Notes: generated from the letters alone by a model not told the origin. A stretch of 64,000 bases of DNA from Nitrospirota bacterium (GCA_963663225.1 OY760142.1:1824001-1888000), one strand, 5' to 3'. Numbered from the stretch's first letter, positions 31,197-41,685 are shown. Translations and numbers: made by a program.

Positions 31197-31382
31197 CAGA
31201 CCCAGTTTTGAGACCAAATGACTGTAACCTACTGCATTTTCTTTTCTCAGAGCAATACAAAAACCAAAAAAGGCTTCATCAGAGACACAATACTGGCAAG
31301 GTTATATGAGAATCGTACGACTGAACTGTCTTGATCATCTGGTGTTCGCTTATCTGATAAGTAATAAATAATATATATAATT

Positions 31383-31420
31383 GCCGGGACGGTTATGGTA
31401 AGCCATCCCGGCTTTGATTT
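31383..31420 (+). terminator. Terminator-like hairpin in the nrdJ leader
   Basis: gccgggacggtt...agccatcccggc followed by tttgattt. Confidence 0.5.
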
Positions 31421-31487
31421 GGGTTTATAATTCGTTCCAAAATATTATTTTGTTGGGGGATACTATCTCATCAGGGAGGGTTGTTTT

Positions 31488-33827
31488 ATGAAGAATTCTG
31501 CTGTTTCGGCAATAGCTGCCGGCAAGAATGGTCTTGGCTTGTCCGAAAACTGCCGCACGGTCCTGGAAAAGCGCTATTTGAAGCGAAATGAGGAAGGAGC
31601 GGTTATTGAAACAGCAGAGGATATGTTCACGCGCGTCGCGCGGACTATTGCCGGGGCGGACAAAGCCTACGGCAGGTCCGACGCTGAAGTAGAACAGACG
31701 GCCGCGGAATTCTACCATGCGATGACCTCGCTTGAGTTTTTGCCGAACAGCCCCACGCTGATGAATGCAGGGCGGGAACTGGGCCAGCTTTCCGCCTGTT
31801 TCGTGCTTCCGGTCGGAGATTCCATGGATGAGATTTTCGAATCCGTAAAACATGCGGCGCTTATCCATAAGTCCGGCGGCGGCACCGGGTTCTCCTTTTC
31901 GCGCATCCGCCCGAAGAACGACGTGGTAAAATCCACCAAAGGTGTGTCGTCAGGCCCCATTTCATTTATGACGGTGTTTGATGCGGCAACCGAAACAGTA
32001 AAACAGGGCGGCACGCGGCGCGGTGCGAACATGGGAATTCTCCAGGTGGACCATCCGGACATCCTCGACTTTATCACCTGCAAGCAGCAGAATGACCGCC
32101 TGAACAACTTCAATATTTCCGTGGCCATGACCGACACGTTCATGGAAGCCGTTGAATGCGACGGCGAGTACGACCTGGTTTCTCCCCGGAACAAAAAAGC
32201 GGTCAGAAAATTCAAGGCTACCAAGGTATTCGACACCATCGTAAACATGGCCTGGAAGAACGGAGACCCGGGGATCATTTATCTGGACCGCATTAATCAG
32301 TACAATCCTACCCCGCACATAGGCATGGTGGAGTCCACCAATCCCTGCGGAGAGCAGCCGTTGCTTCCCTATGAATCCTGCAACCTCGGCTCCATCAACT
32401 TGTCCAGAATGCTGGCCCCGCACGGCGGAGCCGTGGACTATGAAAAACTCCGGCGTACCGTGCGTCTGGGAGTGCACTTTCTCGATAATGTGATCGACGT
32501 CAACCGGTATCCCATAGAGAAGATATCGGAAACGACCCGTGCAAACCGCAAGATCGGCCTGGGCGTCATGGGTTTCGCGGACATGCTGCTCGAACTGGGA
32601 ATCCCCTACAATTCCGATGAGGCGGTGAAGCTTGGTGGAGCAGTGATGAAGTTCATCACTGATGAAGGACGGAAAATGAGCGAGGAGCTTGCCGGGGAGC
32701 GCGGGGCTTTTCCCAACTTTCAAGGAAGTATTTACGACAAGCCGGGTGTGGCTCCTGTGCGGAATGCCACGGTGACGACGATTGCCCCGACGGGGACGCT
32801 TTCCATTATCGCGGGCTGTTCGAGCGGCATTGAACCGCTTTTCGCGCTTACCTTTGTCAGGAAGGTTTTGGATGGGGCAGAACTGCTGGAAGTAAACCCC
32901 GTCTTTGAGAAGACGGCAAAAGCAAGAAACTTCTACTCCGACACGCTTATGAAAGAAATCGCGGAGCACGGCGGATGCACGGGCATCAAACTGGTGCCCG
33001 AAGATGTGCAGCGGGTGTTCGTCACAGCCCATGACATTACGCCGGAGTGGCATATCCGCATGCAGGCCGCATTCCAGAAATACACCGATAATGCCGTGTC
33101 CAAAACCGTGAATTTCCCGCACAGCGCCACCCATGACGATGTAAGAAAAGTATATTTGCTGGCGCACAAACTGGGTTGCAAAGGGGTGACCATTTACCGC
33201 GACGGATCGCGCGATGAGCAGGTGCTGCACAGCGGAGCTACGGAGAAGGCGCGCAAGGCTGCAGCTGTTCCCGCACCGCCTGCGCAGGCAGAAGACAAAA
33301 AACCGAGGCATCGTCCGGCTCTTACGCAAGGCGTTACGCAGAAAATACCCACAGGCTGCGGCAACCTTTATATTACGATCAACGAAGACGAGGAGGGGAT
33401 CTGCGAAGTCTTTTCCACCATGGGGAAGTCGGGCGGCTGCGCAGCGAGCCAGTCGGAAGCGGTAAGCCGCATGGTCTCTCTTGCACTTCGGTCCGGGGTC
33501 TCCATAGACTCCATTGTCAGACAGGTAAAGGGAATTCGCTGCCCTTCACCGGCGTGGGGAGAAGGCGGATCCATTCTGTCTTGCCCGGACGCCATCGGCC
33601 GGGCCTTGGAGCGCTATCTTAAGGAACATGTAAGCCAGTATCGTCAGCATCACAAACCGAAGGCGAGCGTTCAACCGGTATCAGGTCAGGTATTGTCGGA
33701 TTGCACGGCAGGGACCGGGAAAAACCACCTCGGGCTGTGCCCGGAATGCCCGGACTGCGGCGGATTGCTTGAATTTGGCGAAGGGTGTGCTTTCTGCCGG
33801 GGATGTGGTTTCTCGAAGTGCGGATAA
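31488..33827 (+). CDS. nrdJ: Vitamin B12-dependent (class II) ribonucleotide reductase with TSCPD domain
   Basis: PNSPTLMNAG, QLSACF, TNPCGEQ, TIAPTG, KGVTIYRDGS, LSCPDA, C-terminal Cys cluster; NrdR boxes upstream. Confidence 0.95.
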   Translation: MKNSAVSAIAAGKNGLGLSENCRTVLEKRYLKRNEEGAVIETAEDMFTRVARTIAGADKAYGRSDAEVEQTAAEFYHAMTSLEFLPNSPTLMNAGRELGQLSACFVLPVGDSMDEIFESVKHAALIHKSGGGTGFSFSRIRPKNDVVKSTKGVSSGPISFMTVFDAATETVKQGGTRRGANMGILQVDHPDILDFITCKQQNDRLNNFNISVAMTDTFMEAVECDGEYDLVSPRNKKAVRKFKATKVFDTIVNMAWKNGDPGIIYLDRINQYNPTPHIGMVESTNPCGEQPLLPYESCNLGSINLSRMLAPHGGAVDYEKLRRTVRLGVHFLDNVIDVNRYPIEKISETTRANRKIGLGVMGFADMLLELGIPYNSDEAVKLGGAVMKFITDEGRKMSEELAGERGAFPNFQGSIYDKPGVAPVRNATVTTIAPTGTLSIIAGCSSGIEPLFALTFVRKVLDGAELLEVNPVFEKTAKARNFYSDTLMKEIAEHGGCTGIKLVPEDVQRVFVTAHDITPEWHIRMQAAFQKYTDNAVSKTVNFPHSATHDDVRKVYLLAHKLGCKGVTIYRDGSRDEQVLHSGATEKARKAAAVPAPPAQAEDKKPRHRPALTQGVTQKIPTGCGNLYITINEDEEGICEVFSTMGKSGGCAASQSEAVSRMVSLALRSGVSIDSIVRQVKGIRCPSPAWGEGGSILSCPDAIGRALERYLKEHVSQYRQHHKPKASVQPVSGQVLSDCTAGTGKNHLGLCPECPDCGGLLEFGEGCAFCRGCGFSKCG

Positions 33828-33924
33828 TGTGCCGTGCCGTGCTCTCTGGAAGTCAGATGTTTAGACAGAAGAGAACCTTGTATAGAGGATATGAGTATAA
33901 ACTGTTGAATTTAAAGGATTATTA

Positions 33925-34116
33925 GTGGGAATTGATCAGGTGATCATAGAACTGTATCGTTTGGCTGAGACGAAGAAATGGGATGGAAAATCCACCGATG
34001 AGGCACTTTTTGCGGCAATCGAAAGGATGGAACAACTGTTGGAGCAGAAACAGGCCGAGAAAAGAAGAAGTACTACTGCTCATGCAAACAAGAAGCCGCC
34101 AAGAATATGGTGTTAA
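33925..34116 (+). CDS. Small hypothetical protein
   Basis: AAGGA RBS before GTG; 63 aa, helical and charged. Confidence 0.45.
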   Translation: MGIDQVIIELYRLAETKKWDGKSTDEALFAAIERMEQLLEQKQAEKRRSTTAHANKKPPRIWC

Positions 34117-34140
34117 CTGTGAATAAAATCATAAAAAAAC

Positions 34141-34169
34141 TTGACATTTACCCGATATAATTCTACAGT
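34141..34169 (+). promoter_or_regulatory. Sigma70-type promoter for the structured RNA and H1-like gene
   Basis: TTGACA-17 nt-TACAGT. Confidence 0.65.
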
Positions 34170-34180
34170 AGCGTTTGACA

Positions 34181-34345
34181 AGAAGCTTAATATACAACCT
34201 GACTTGTGTGCGGTTTTCAAAGTATTCTGAACGCAAGACGATCACTCCGCGAAAGCAGTCCCGCTTGTAATCTCCGGATTACGAACGGGTTTACGATAGG
34301 CGTACTGTTATTAAACCCGTATGAAAACGGGTCATCAGCTTATTC
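34181..34345 (+). ncRNA. Candidate structured leader RNA
   Basis: Closing helix aagct/agctt, GAAA tetraloop hairpin, long stem capped by cUCCGg, tacg/cgta hairpin, acccgt/acgggt hairpin; ends just before the AGGAGG RBS. Confidence 0.65.
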
Positions 34346-34361
34346 AAGGAGGAAGGCACGT

Positions 34362-34718
34362 ATGGGGAACGAGAAGATCGTGCAGTATGAGTGCAGGGTG
34401 TGCGGCAGAAAGATAGATGTAACGAGGACCGGCGACGTGTATGAAGAGCCGGTGTATTGCTGCGGTCTTGAGTCAGCGGAAATCAACGTACAGGAAGTGC
34501 CGGCGGTTCAGGAAGCACCGGTAGCCGTAAAGAAACCGGCGAAAAAGAAGACCAAGAAGAAAGTCGTTGCAAAGAAAAAGGCCAAGAAAAAAGCGGCAAA
34601 AAAGACGGTAAAAAAAGCCGTAAAAAAGAAAGCGACCAAGAAGAAAACAACCAAGAAAAAAGCAACGAAAAAGAAAGTCGCCAAAAAGGCAAAAAAAGCA
34701 GTAAAGAAAAAAAGATAG
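34362..34718 (+). CDS. Desulforedoxin-like CxxC...CC domain fused to a histone-H1-like Lys/Ala-rich tail (118 aa)
   Basis: AGGAGG RBS; YECRVCG-x-VYCCG; tail KKPAKKKTKKKVVAKKKAKKKAAKK... Confidence 0.8.
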   Translation: MGNEKIVQYECRVCGRKIDVTRTGDVYEEPVYCCGLESAEINVQEVPAVQEAPVAVKKPAKKKTKKKVVAKKKAKKKAAKKTVKKAVKKKATKKKTTKKKATKKKVAKKAKKAVKKKR

Positions 34719-34754
34719 TAATGCATGGTTCAGCAATACTGCATAGTATTCACG

Positions 34755-34792
34755 ATAGGGCTTCCGGAAAAGACCGGAAGCCCTATTTATTT
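34755..34792 (+). terminator. Intrinsic terminator
   Basis: atagggcttccgg-aaaaga-ccggaagccctat followed by ttattt. Confidence 0.85.
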
Positions 34793-34822
34793 GTGCAATT
34801 CAGTTATGACCAATGTTGACTT

Positions 34823-35662
34823 ATGGAACATGCGGATTTAAAATTTGGTATGCAGTTCAAAAAAAATACGGAACGTAAAATACAGCGGCTTACCGGCAGG
34901 GCCATTGGCGATTTCGGCATGATCGTGAACCATGACCGGGTTCTGGTCGCGTTGTCCGGCGGAAAGGACAGCTGGACGCTTCTCCATATGCTGGAACGCC
35001 TGCGGCGGCGTGCCCCGATTGATTTTACGCTTATCGCAATTACCGTCCATCCCGGATTCTCAACGTTTCAGACAGATTTCCTGGAAAAATACCTTCGCAG
35101 GCACGAATTCGAATACCGCATTGTTCATGCGCCCATTTATTCAATCATGCTTGAAAAACTCTCGTCCGGCGACACACCCTGCGCATTATGCTCACGAATC
35201 AGGCGCGGGGTGCTGTACACACAGGCACGAGAACTGGGATGTACGAAAATCGCTCTTGGCCATCACCGCGAAGATTTTATCGAAACGCTGCTGTTGAACC
35301 AGTTTTACAATGGCAAGATCAAGGCCATGGCGCCGATTCTGAACGCTGATGATGGTCAGAATGTGGTTATCAGGCCGTTGGTATATGCTCCTGAAGAGAC
35401 TATTATCCAGTATGCGGCGGCCGCCGGGTTCCCGATCGTCTGTTGCAGCTGCCCGGTATGTGGAAATCAGGACCTGAAGCGCGTGAAGATGAAAAGCCTT
35501 TTGGAAAATCTTGAGCGGGAGCATCCTGGAATTAAGGCAAGTTTACTGACCTCCCTCGCTGATGTGGAGTATCGCCATCTGTTGGTGCGGGAACAGGGGC
35601 TTGCGCACAGCAGGTTGCTGAAAAAAGGATCATCAGGAGGCATGCCGCCTTTCGATGAATAG
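34823..35662 (+). CDS. ttcA: tRNA 2-thiocytidine(32) synthetase TtcA
   Basis: SGGKDS PP-loop, CALCSRIRRG, ALGHH.ED, IRPL, CSCPVC. Confidence 0.9.
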   Translation: MEHADLKFGMQFKKNTERKIQRLTGRAIGDFGMIVNHDRVLVALSGGKDSWTLLHMLERLRRRAPIDFTLIAITVHPGFSTFQTDFLEKYLRRHEFEYRIVHAPIYSIMLEKLSSGDTPCALCSRIRRGVLYTQARELGCTKIALGHHREDFIETLLLNQFYNGKIKAMAPILNADDGQNVVIRPLVYAPEETIIQYAAAAGFPIVCCSCPVCGNQDLKRVKMKSLLENLEREHPGIKASLLTSLADVEYRHLLVREQGLAHSRLLKKGSSGGMPPFDE

Positions 35663-35838
35663 CAAACAAACGGCAGGGTTGAATAATCATAAATTGGGTA
35701 TCAGGAATTAATCTTTGGGAGGGTATTTCCAACAGTGCCGATACCCTTTAAGCTTTTTAATTGTTTGACTTTCTGCATACGCACCGCCTATAATAAAGAC
35801 AATACGAGAACATCCATCCGACTGGCACGGAGGCTGAT

Positions 35839-36543
35839 ATGTCCGGCGCAAAGAAGCTGGGGGAAATGCTGAAAGAAGCGGGTCTCATCGATGATTTCCA
35901 GCTCCAAACTGCATTATCACATCAGCGCAACTGGGGAGGGAAACTGGGCTCCATCCTCATCGAACTGGAGTTCGTCAGAGAAGAAGACATCGCGAGGGTC
36001 ATTGCGCAGAAACTGCACATTCCCCATATTAATCTCTTCGAACCGGAAATTCCCGAAAACATAGTTAAAATGATCAAGTCTGACATTGCAAAAAAATACA
36101 ATGCAATGCCGGTCAAGAAAGAGGGGGGGGCGCTGGTTCTCGCCATGTTTGACCCCTTCGATCTCAAGGCGGCGGATGAGATCCGGTTTATCACCGGCCT
36201 TACCATAAAGCCTACCCTTGCCATGGAGTCAGAAATCAGGGATGCCATCAGAAAATATTACGATGGGGAACGGGTGGACCGCACGCAGGCGAGGTCATTG
36301 TATCATCAACGGGAGAGAGAGCCCGGGAAGATGGAAATTATTCACGCACGGGATCCTATCAAATCGAAAAAACCGGGAACTGATGACGACGCCCCGCTTC
36401 CGGCCAAGGATGCTGCGGCTTTCCAGGAGCTGAGTGATGCCAAGATGCGGATAGATGCGTTGATTGCCTTGCTGATAGAGAAAAAAATAATTACCCGTGA
36501 AGAACTCGTCAGCATGATTTACCAGAAAAAAATAGGACTATAA
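35839..36543 (+). CDS. Stand-alone MshEN / GspE-N domain protein without ATPase
   Basis: KKLGEMLKEAGLI..FQLQTAL..Q and KLGSILIELEFV repeats, then LAMFDPFD; no Walker motifs. Confidence 0.8.
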   Translation: MSGAKKLGEMLKEAGLIDDFQLQTALSHQRNWGGKLGSILIELEFVREEDIARVIAQKLHIPHINLFEPEIPENIVKMIKSDIAKKYNAMPVKKEGGALVLAMFDPFDLKAADEIRFITGLTIKPTLAMESEIRDAIRKYYDGERVDRTQARSLYHQREREPGKMEIIHARDPIKSKKPGTDDDAPLPAKDAAAFQELSDAKMRIDALIALLIEKKIITREELVSMIYQKKIGL

Positions 36544-36586
36544 CCACGGATTGAGACTCCAGAACACACGAGGCAGGGCCGACCAC

Positions 36587-37009
36587 ATGGCAAAGAACGA
36601 CAAAAAGAACAATATGAGTAATATTTTTTTGTTCAGCACGCTGTTGGTTTTTTTTCTGAGCGCCGGCGCGGCGCTCGCGCAGGACCATAACGGGCCCCGG
36701 ATCGAAGTCAGGGAAATGCGGTATGATTTCGGAAAGGTGCCCCAGGGGGAGCAGGCAACCCATATTTTTCAGGTGCGCAATGCCGGGAACGAACCGCTCG
36801 TTATTGACCGGGTTGTTCCGTCATGAGGCTGCTCAGCCGCGGTGATTAGTTCTAATCACCTGGAACCGGGAATTGCCGGGCAGATACAGGTCAGTGTGGA
36901 TACCCGGGGGAGAAACGGTCTCCTCGCGAAATACATCACGATCTATTCCAATGATCGTACGAACCCGGTAATAACCCTGAACGTAACCATGGACATTGTC
37001 AAAAAATAA
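36587..37009 (+). CDS. Secreted DUF1573 (Ig-like) protein with in-frame TGA, candidate selenoprotein (SUGC)
   Basis: YDFGKV..GE...HIF.VRNAGNEPLVIDRVVPS-TGA(36824-36826)-GCSAA...LEPG..GQI.V.VDT...KYITIYSND; reading through gives a complete domain ending at TAA 37009. Confidence 0.8.
36841..36860 (+). promoter_or_regulatory. SECIS-like hairpin
   Basis: Perfect 8-bp stem ggtgatta/taatcacc with loop GTTC; loop G is the 23rd nt after the TGA. Confidence 0.65.
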
Positions 37010-37329
37010 CCGGGAAAAAGTGGGAAAACCTGTTTTTAATGTAGAACTATTTCCTTGACAATTTTCAGCCCGGTATGTTACTGTCCATATCAGTAAACTG
37101 GTCCATCAGGGTTCCAAACACCCAATAGAGAGGCAGTACGATCTTGAAACAGCACAGACATCCTCAATACCCCAGCGACATGCCTACCCCGGGCATAGGT
37201 CCCGCCCCGGCGGGACTATCTTAATTTTCGTCGCACAAATCAGTCATCTTTTTAACTATATCTCGCTTGCGTATGCTTGCGTTAAAAAACCGACGGTTGT
37301 TTCGTCTTACATTGTTGGAGGGTAACACT

Positions 37330-38469
37330 ATGCAAAAAAAATATCTTTTGGCTCCCGGCCCCACCCCGGTGCCGTCCGAGGTGTTGCTGGCAATGGCCAT
37401 GCCGATTATTCATCACCGCGCACCGGATTTTCTGCCGGTGCTTGATTCCGCCAAAAAAGGTCTGCAGTGGGTTTATCAGACCAAAAACGACGTGTTGATT
37501 CTGTGCAGCACCGGCACCGGCGGCATGGTTGGTGCGGTAAACAACTTCCTGAATCCCGGCGATGATGTCCTCGTAGTGAACGGCGGTAAATTCGGTGAAC
37601 GCTGGACCAATATCTGCAAAGCCTATGGCATGAAAATCGAGGAAATCGTTGTTGAGTGGGGCTATGCGGTAAAACCGGAGCAGGTCGAGGCAGCGCTCAA
37701 GAAGAATCCAAAAATCAAGGCGGTCTTTGTGCAGGCGAACGAGACTTCGACCGGCGTGTACCACGACGTCAAGGCCCTTGCGGCTGTGGTGAAGAAGACC
37801 GATGCGTTGTTTGTCGTTGATGCCATCTCGGCACTCGTTGCACATGATATCAGAACCGACGAGTGGGGAATCGATGTTCTGGTGGGCGGTTCTCAAAAAG
37901 GAGTCATGCTTCCGCCCGGGCTGGCTTTTGTGTCGGTAAGCGACAAAGCATGGAAAATGGCAGATTCCGCGAAGTCCCCCAAATTCTATTTCAACTTCAA
38001 GAAAGAACGCGACAACCTGGCCAAAAATCAGACCAATTTTTCCTCGGCGGTCTCGCTCATCATCGGGTTGAACGCGAGCATCAAATTGCTGCAGGAAGAA
38101 GGGTTGCAGAATGTGTTCGCGCGTCATGAGCGGCTTGCCAATGCAACCCGCGCGGCTGTAGCGGCGCTCGACCTTAAACTTTTCCCCAAGGAAAACCCGA
38201 GCCTCGCCCTCACGGCTATTGAAGCGCCAGCGGGCGTAGACGGCCAGGCGATTTACAAGAACCTCAGGGAGAAATACGGCATCACGGGGGCCGGCGGACA
38301 AGACAAATTAAAAGGAAAAATATTCCGCATTGCTCATCTGGGGTATGCCGATACGTTCGACATCATAACCGCCGTATCCGGCATCGAGATGGTATTGAAA
38401 GGCCTCGGCCACCCGGTGAAACTCGGCGCGGGTGTGGCAGCAGCTGAAGAAATATTAATGAAAAAATAA
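37330..38469 (+). CDS. Class V aminotransferase (alanine-glyoxylate family), probable phosphoserine aminotransferase
   Basis: GGAGG RBS before ATG 37330; LLAPGPTPVP, NETSTGV, VDAIS, GSQKG.MLPPG; adjacent to serA. Confidence 0.9.
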   Translation: MQKKYLLAPGPTPVPSEVLLAMAMPIIHHRAPDFLPVLDSAKKGLQWVYQTKNDVLILCSTGTGGMVGAVNNFLNPGDDVLVVNGGKFGERWTNICKAYGMKIEEIVVEWGYAVKPEQVEAALKKNPKIKAVFVQANETSTGVYHDVKALAAVVKKTDALFVVDAISALVAHDIRTDEWGIDVLVGGSQKGVMLPPGLAFVSVSDKAWKMADSAKSPKFYFNFKKERDNLAKNQTNFSSAVSLIIGLNASIKLLQEEGLQNVFARHERLANATRAAVAALDLKLFPKENPSLALTAIEAPAGVDGQAIYKNLREKYGITGAGGQDKLKGKIFRIAHLGYADTFDIITAVSGIEMVLKGLGHPVKLGAGVAAAEEILMKK

Positions 38470-38551
38470 ACCATATGCCACGGAGGTTCAGAAGCCGGTT
38501 TGATTTTCCCAGGATTCTGCTCCTCCGTGGCAAAGCTTTTGTGGAGGATAT

Positions 38552-40129
38552 ATGAAAGTTCTCATCAGCGACGATCTCTCTCCCAACGGAGTTGAGATTT
38601 TGCGCAAAGCAGGACTCGAAGTGGATGCGCGGAGCAAGACCTCGGTAGAGGAGATAGAAAAAATCATCGGGCAGTATGATGCTCTTGTTATCCGCTCGGC
38701 AACCAAAGTCACGAAGGAGCTCTTGGAGAAAGCGACAAACCTTAAAGTCGTCGGCAGGGCGGGAAGCGGACTTGACAACGTGGACATTCCTGCCGCGACA
38801 AAAAAGGGCGTTGTGGTCATGAATACGCCGGGCGGCAACACCATCACGACGGCAGAGCACGCCATCGGCATGATTTTCGCCTGTGCACGGCTGATCCCTC
38901 AGGCTTATGCATCCATGAAGGCGGGCAAGTGGGAAAAGAAAAAATTCGAGGGCGTAGAGCTGTATGACAAAACGCTGGGCATCATCGGGTTGGGCGCCAT
39001 CGGCAGCGTGGTGGCAAACCGCTGCACCGCCATCGGCATGAAGGTGCTTGCCTATGATCCGTTTATCTCAGCGGAGAAAGCCAAAAGCCTGGGCATCGAA
39101 CTGACGAATCTCGCCACCATCTATAAGCAGTCTGACTTCATCACGGTCCATACTCCGAAGACAAAAGAGACTGCAAACCTGATCAACAAGGACACGATCG
39201 CACAGATGAAGAACGGTGTGCGCATCATCAACTGCGCGCGCGGCGGCATTGTGGTGGAACAGGATCTCTATGAAGCGCTGAAGAGCGGAAAGGTTGCGGG
39301 CGCGGCTTTCGATGTTTTTGAGAAAGAACCGCCGGAAAACCATCCCCTGATGACACTGGACAACTTTATCGCAACGCCCCATCTCGGAGCATCCACCAAG
39401 GAGGCCCAGGAGAATGTGGCCGTGGCAATTGCTGAACAGATCGTCGATTATCTCATCGCAGGGACTGTGCGAAATGCGGTGAACGTTCCTTCGGTGCCGG
39501 CTGACCAGCTTCCCACGCTTGCGCCGTACATTAACCTCGCAGAGCGGATGGGCCTGTTTCAGGCGCAGATCTGCGAAGGCGGTCTTACCCAAGTTGTGGT
39601 GGAATACAGCGGCGATGTTGCAAGCCTGAAGCTTGAGCCGATGACACTTGCTGCCCTGAAGGGCCTGCTTGCGCCCACGTTGCAGGAAAACGTCAATTAC
39701 GTGAATGCTCCGCTTATCGCCAAAGATCGCGGTATTGAAGTCAAGGTGTCTACGTCAGACGATACCAAAGAATACACGAGCCTTATTACGATCAAGGTGA
39801 AAACAGTCGGAAAGGAACTGTCCGTATCCGGGACCCTGAACAGCAAAAAGGAACCGCGCATCATCCAGGTGGACGATTTCCCGATGGAAACGGTGCCGGA
39901 CGGCGACATGCTTGTGCTGAAGAACAATGACAAACCCGGTGTGATCGGCGGAATCGGGACGCTCCTGGGGCAGAACGGAATCAACATTGCGCGCATGCAG
40001 TTCGGGCGCGAGGTGCAGGGCGGTCTTGCCATGTCGGTTGTGAGCATTGACAGCCAGGTGCCGGACAGCCTTTTGGAAAAGGTCAGAAACCTTCCGAATG
40101 TCCTGTCCGTAAAACAGATCAAAATATAA
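38552..40129 (+). CDS. serA: D-3-phosphoglycerate dehydrogenase
   Basis: GRAGSGLDNVD, GLGAIG, NCARGG, TPHLGAST.EAQ; C-terminal ACT domain (NDKPGVIG). Confidence 0.96.
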   Translation: MKVLISDDLSPNGVEILRKAGLEVDARSKTSVEEIEKIIGQYDALVIRSATKVTKELLEKATNLKVVGRAGSGLDNVDIPAATKKGVVVMNTPGGNTITTAEHAIGMIFACARLIPQAYASMKAGKWEKKKFEGVELYDKTLGIIGLGAIGSVVANRCTAIGMKVLAYDPFISAEKAKSLGIELTNLATIYKQSDFITVHTPKTKETANLINKDTIAQMKNGVRIINCARGGIVVEQDLYEALKSGKVAGAAFDVFEKEPPENHPLMTLDNFIATPHLGASTKEAQENVAVAIAEQIVDYLIAGTVRNAVNVPSVPADQLPTLAPYINLAERMGLFQAQICEGGLTQVVVEYSGDVASLKLEPMTLAALKGLLAPTLQENVNYVNAPLIAKDRGIEVKVSTSDDTKEYTSLITIKVKTVGKELSVSGTLNSKKEPRIIQVDDFPMETVPDGDMLVLKNNDKPGVIGGIGTLLGQNGINIARMQFGREVQGGLAMSVVSIDSQVPDSLLEKVRNLPNVLSVKQIKI

Positions 40130-41509
<1,380 letters not shown>

Positions 41510-41632
41510 GTTTGAGAAACTTTCATTCTGCTGCAGTGCAATGGCTGCAGTAAAAATTGATTGCAGGTTATTTTTATTGGTCTTTACGGCCTCGATGGTA
41601 ATCGCATCGTTGCACAGAAAGTTTATTTTATA

Positions 41633-41661
41633 TTGACAAACAAGGCGCTTATTGATATTAT
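41633..41661 (+). promoter_or_regulatory. Sigma70 promoter of the tRNA operon
   Basis: TTGACA-17 nt-TATTAT with AT-rich upstream sequence. Confidence 0.75.
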
Positions 41662-41685
41662 ACGCCTCTTCGTCACACTAGTGAC

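Noticed and set aside
31962-33329. Long antisense ORFs (455 aa here; also 37282-38301, 7998-8885, 26287-27054)
   Set aside because: Shadows of well-supported genes on the opposite strand
34206-34361. N-terminal extension of the H1-like ORF from GTG 34206
   Set aside because: No RBS; a strong AGGAGG precedes ATG 34362, and the region is better explained as structured RNA
38476-38532. 11-bp inverted repeat tgccacggagg/cctccgtggca (and the hairpin near 5778-5807)
   Set aside because: Single copies; probably ordinary intercistronic hairpins with no evidence of mobility
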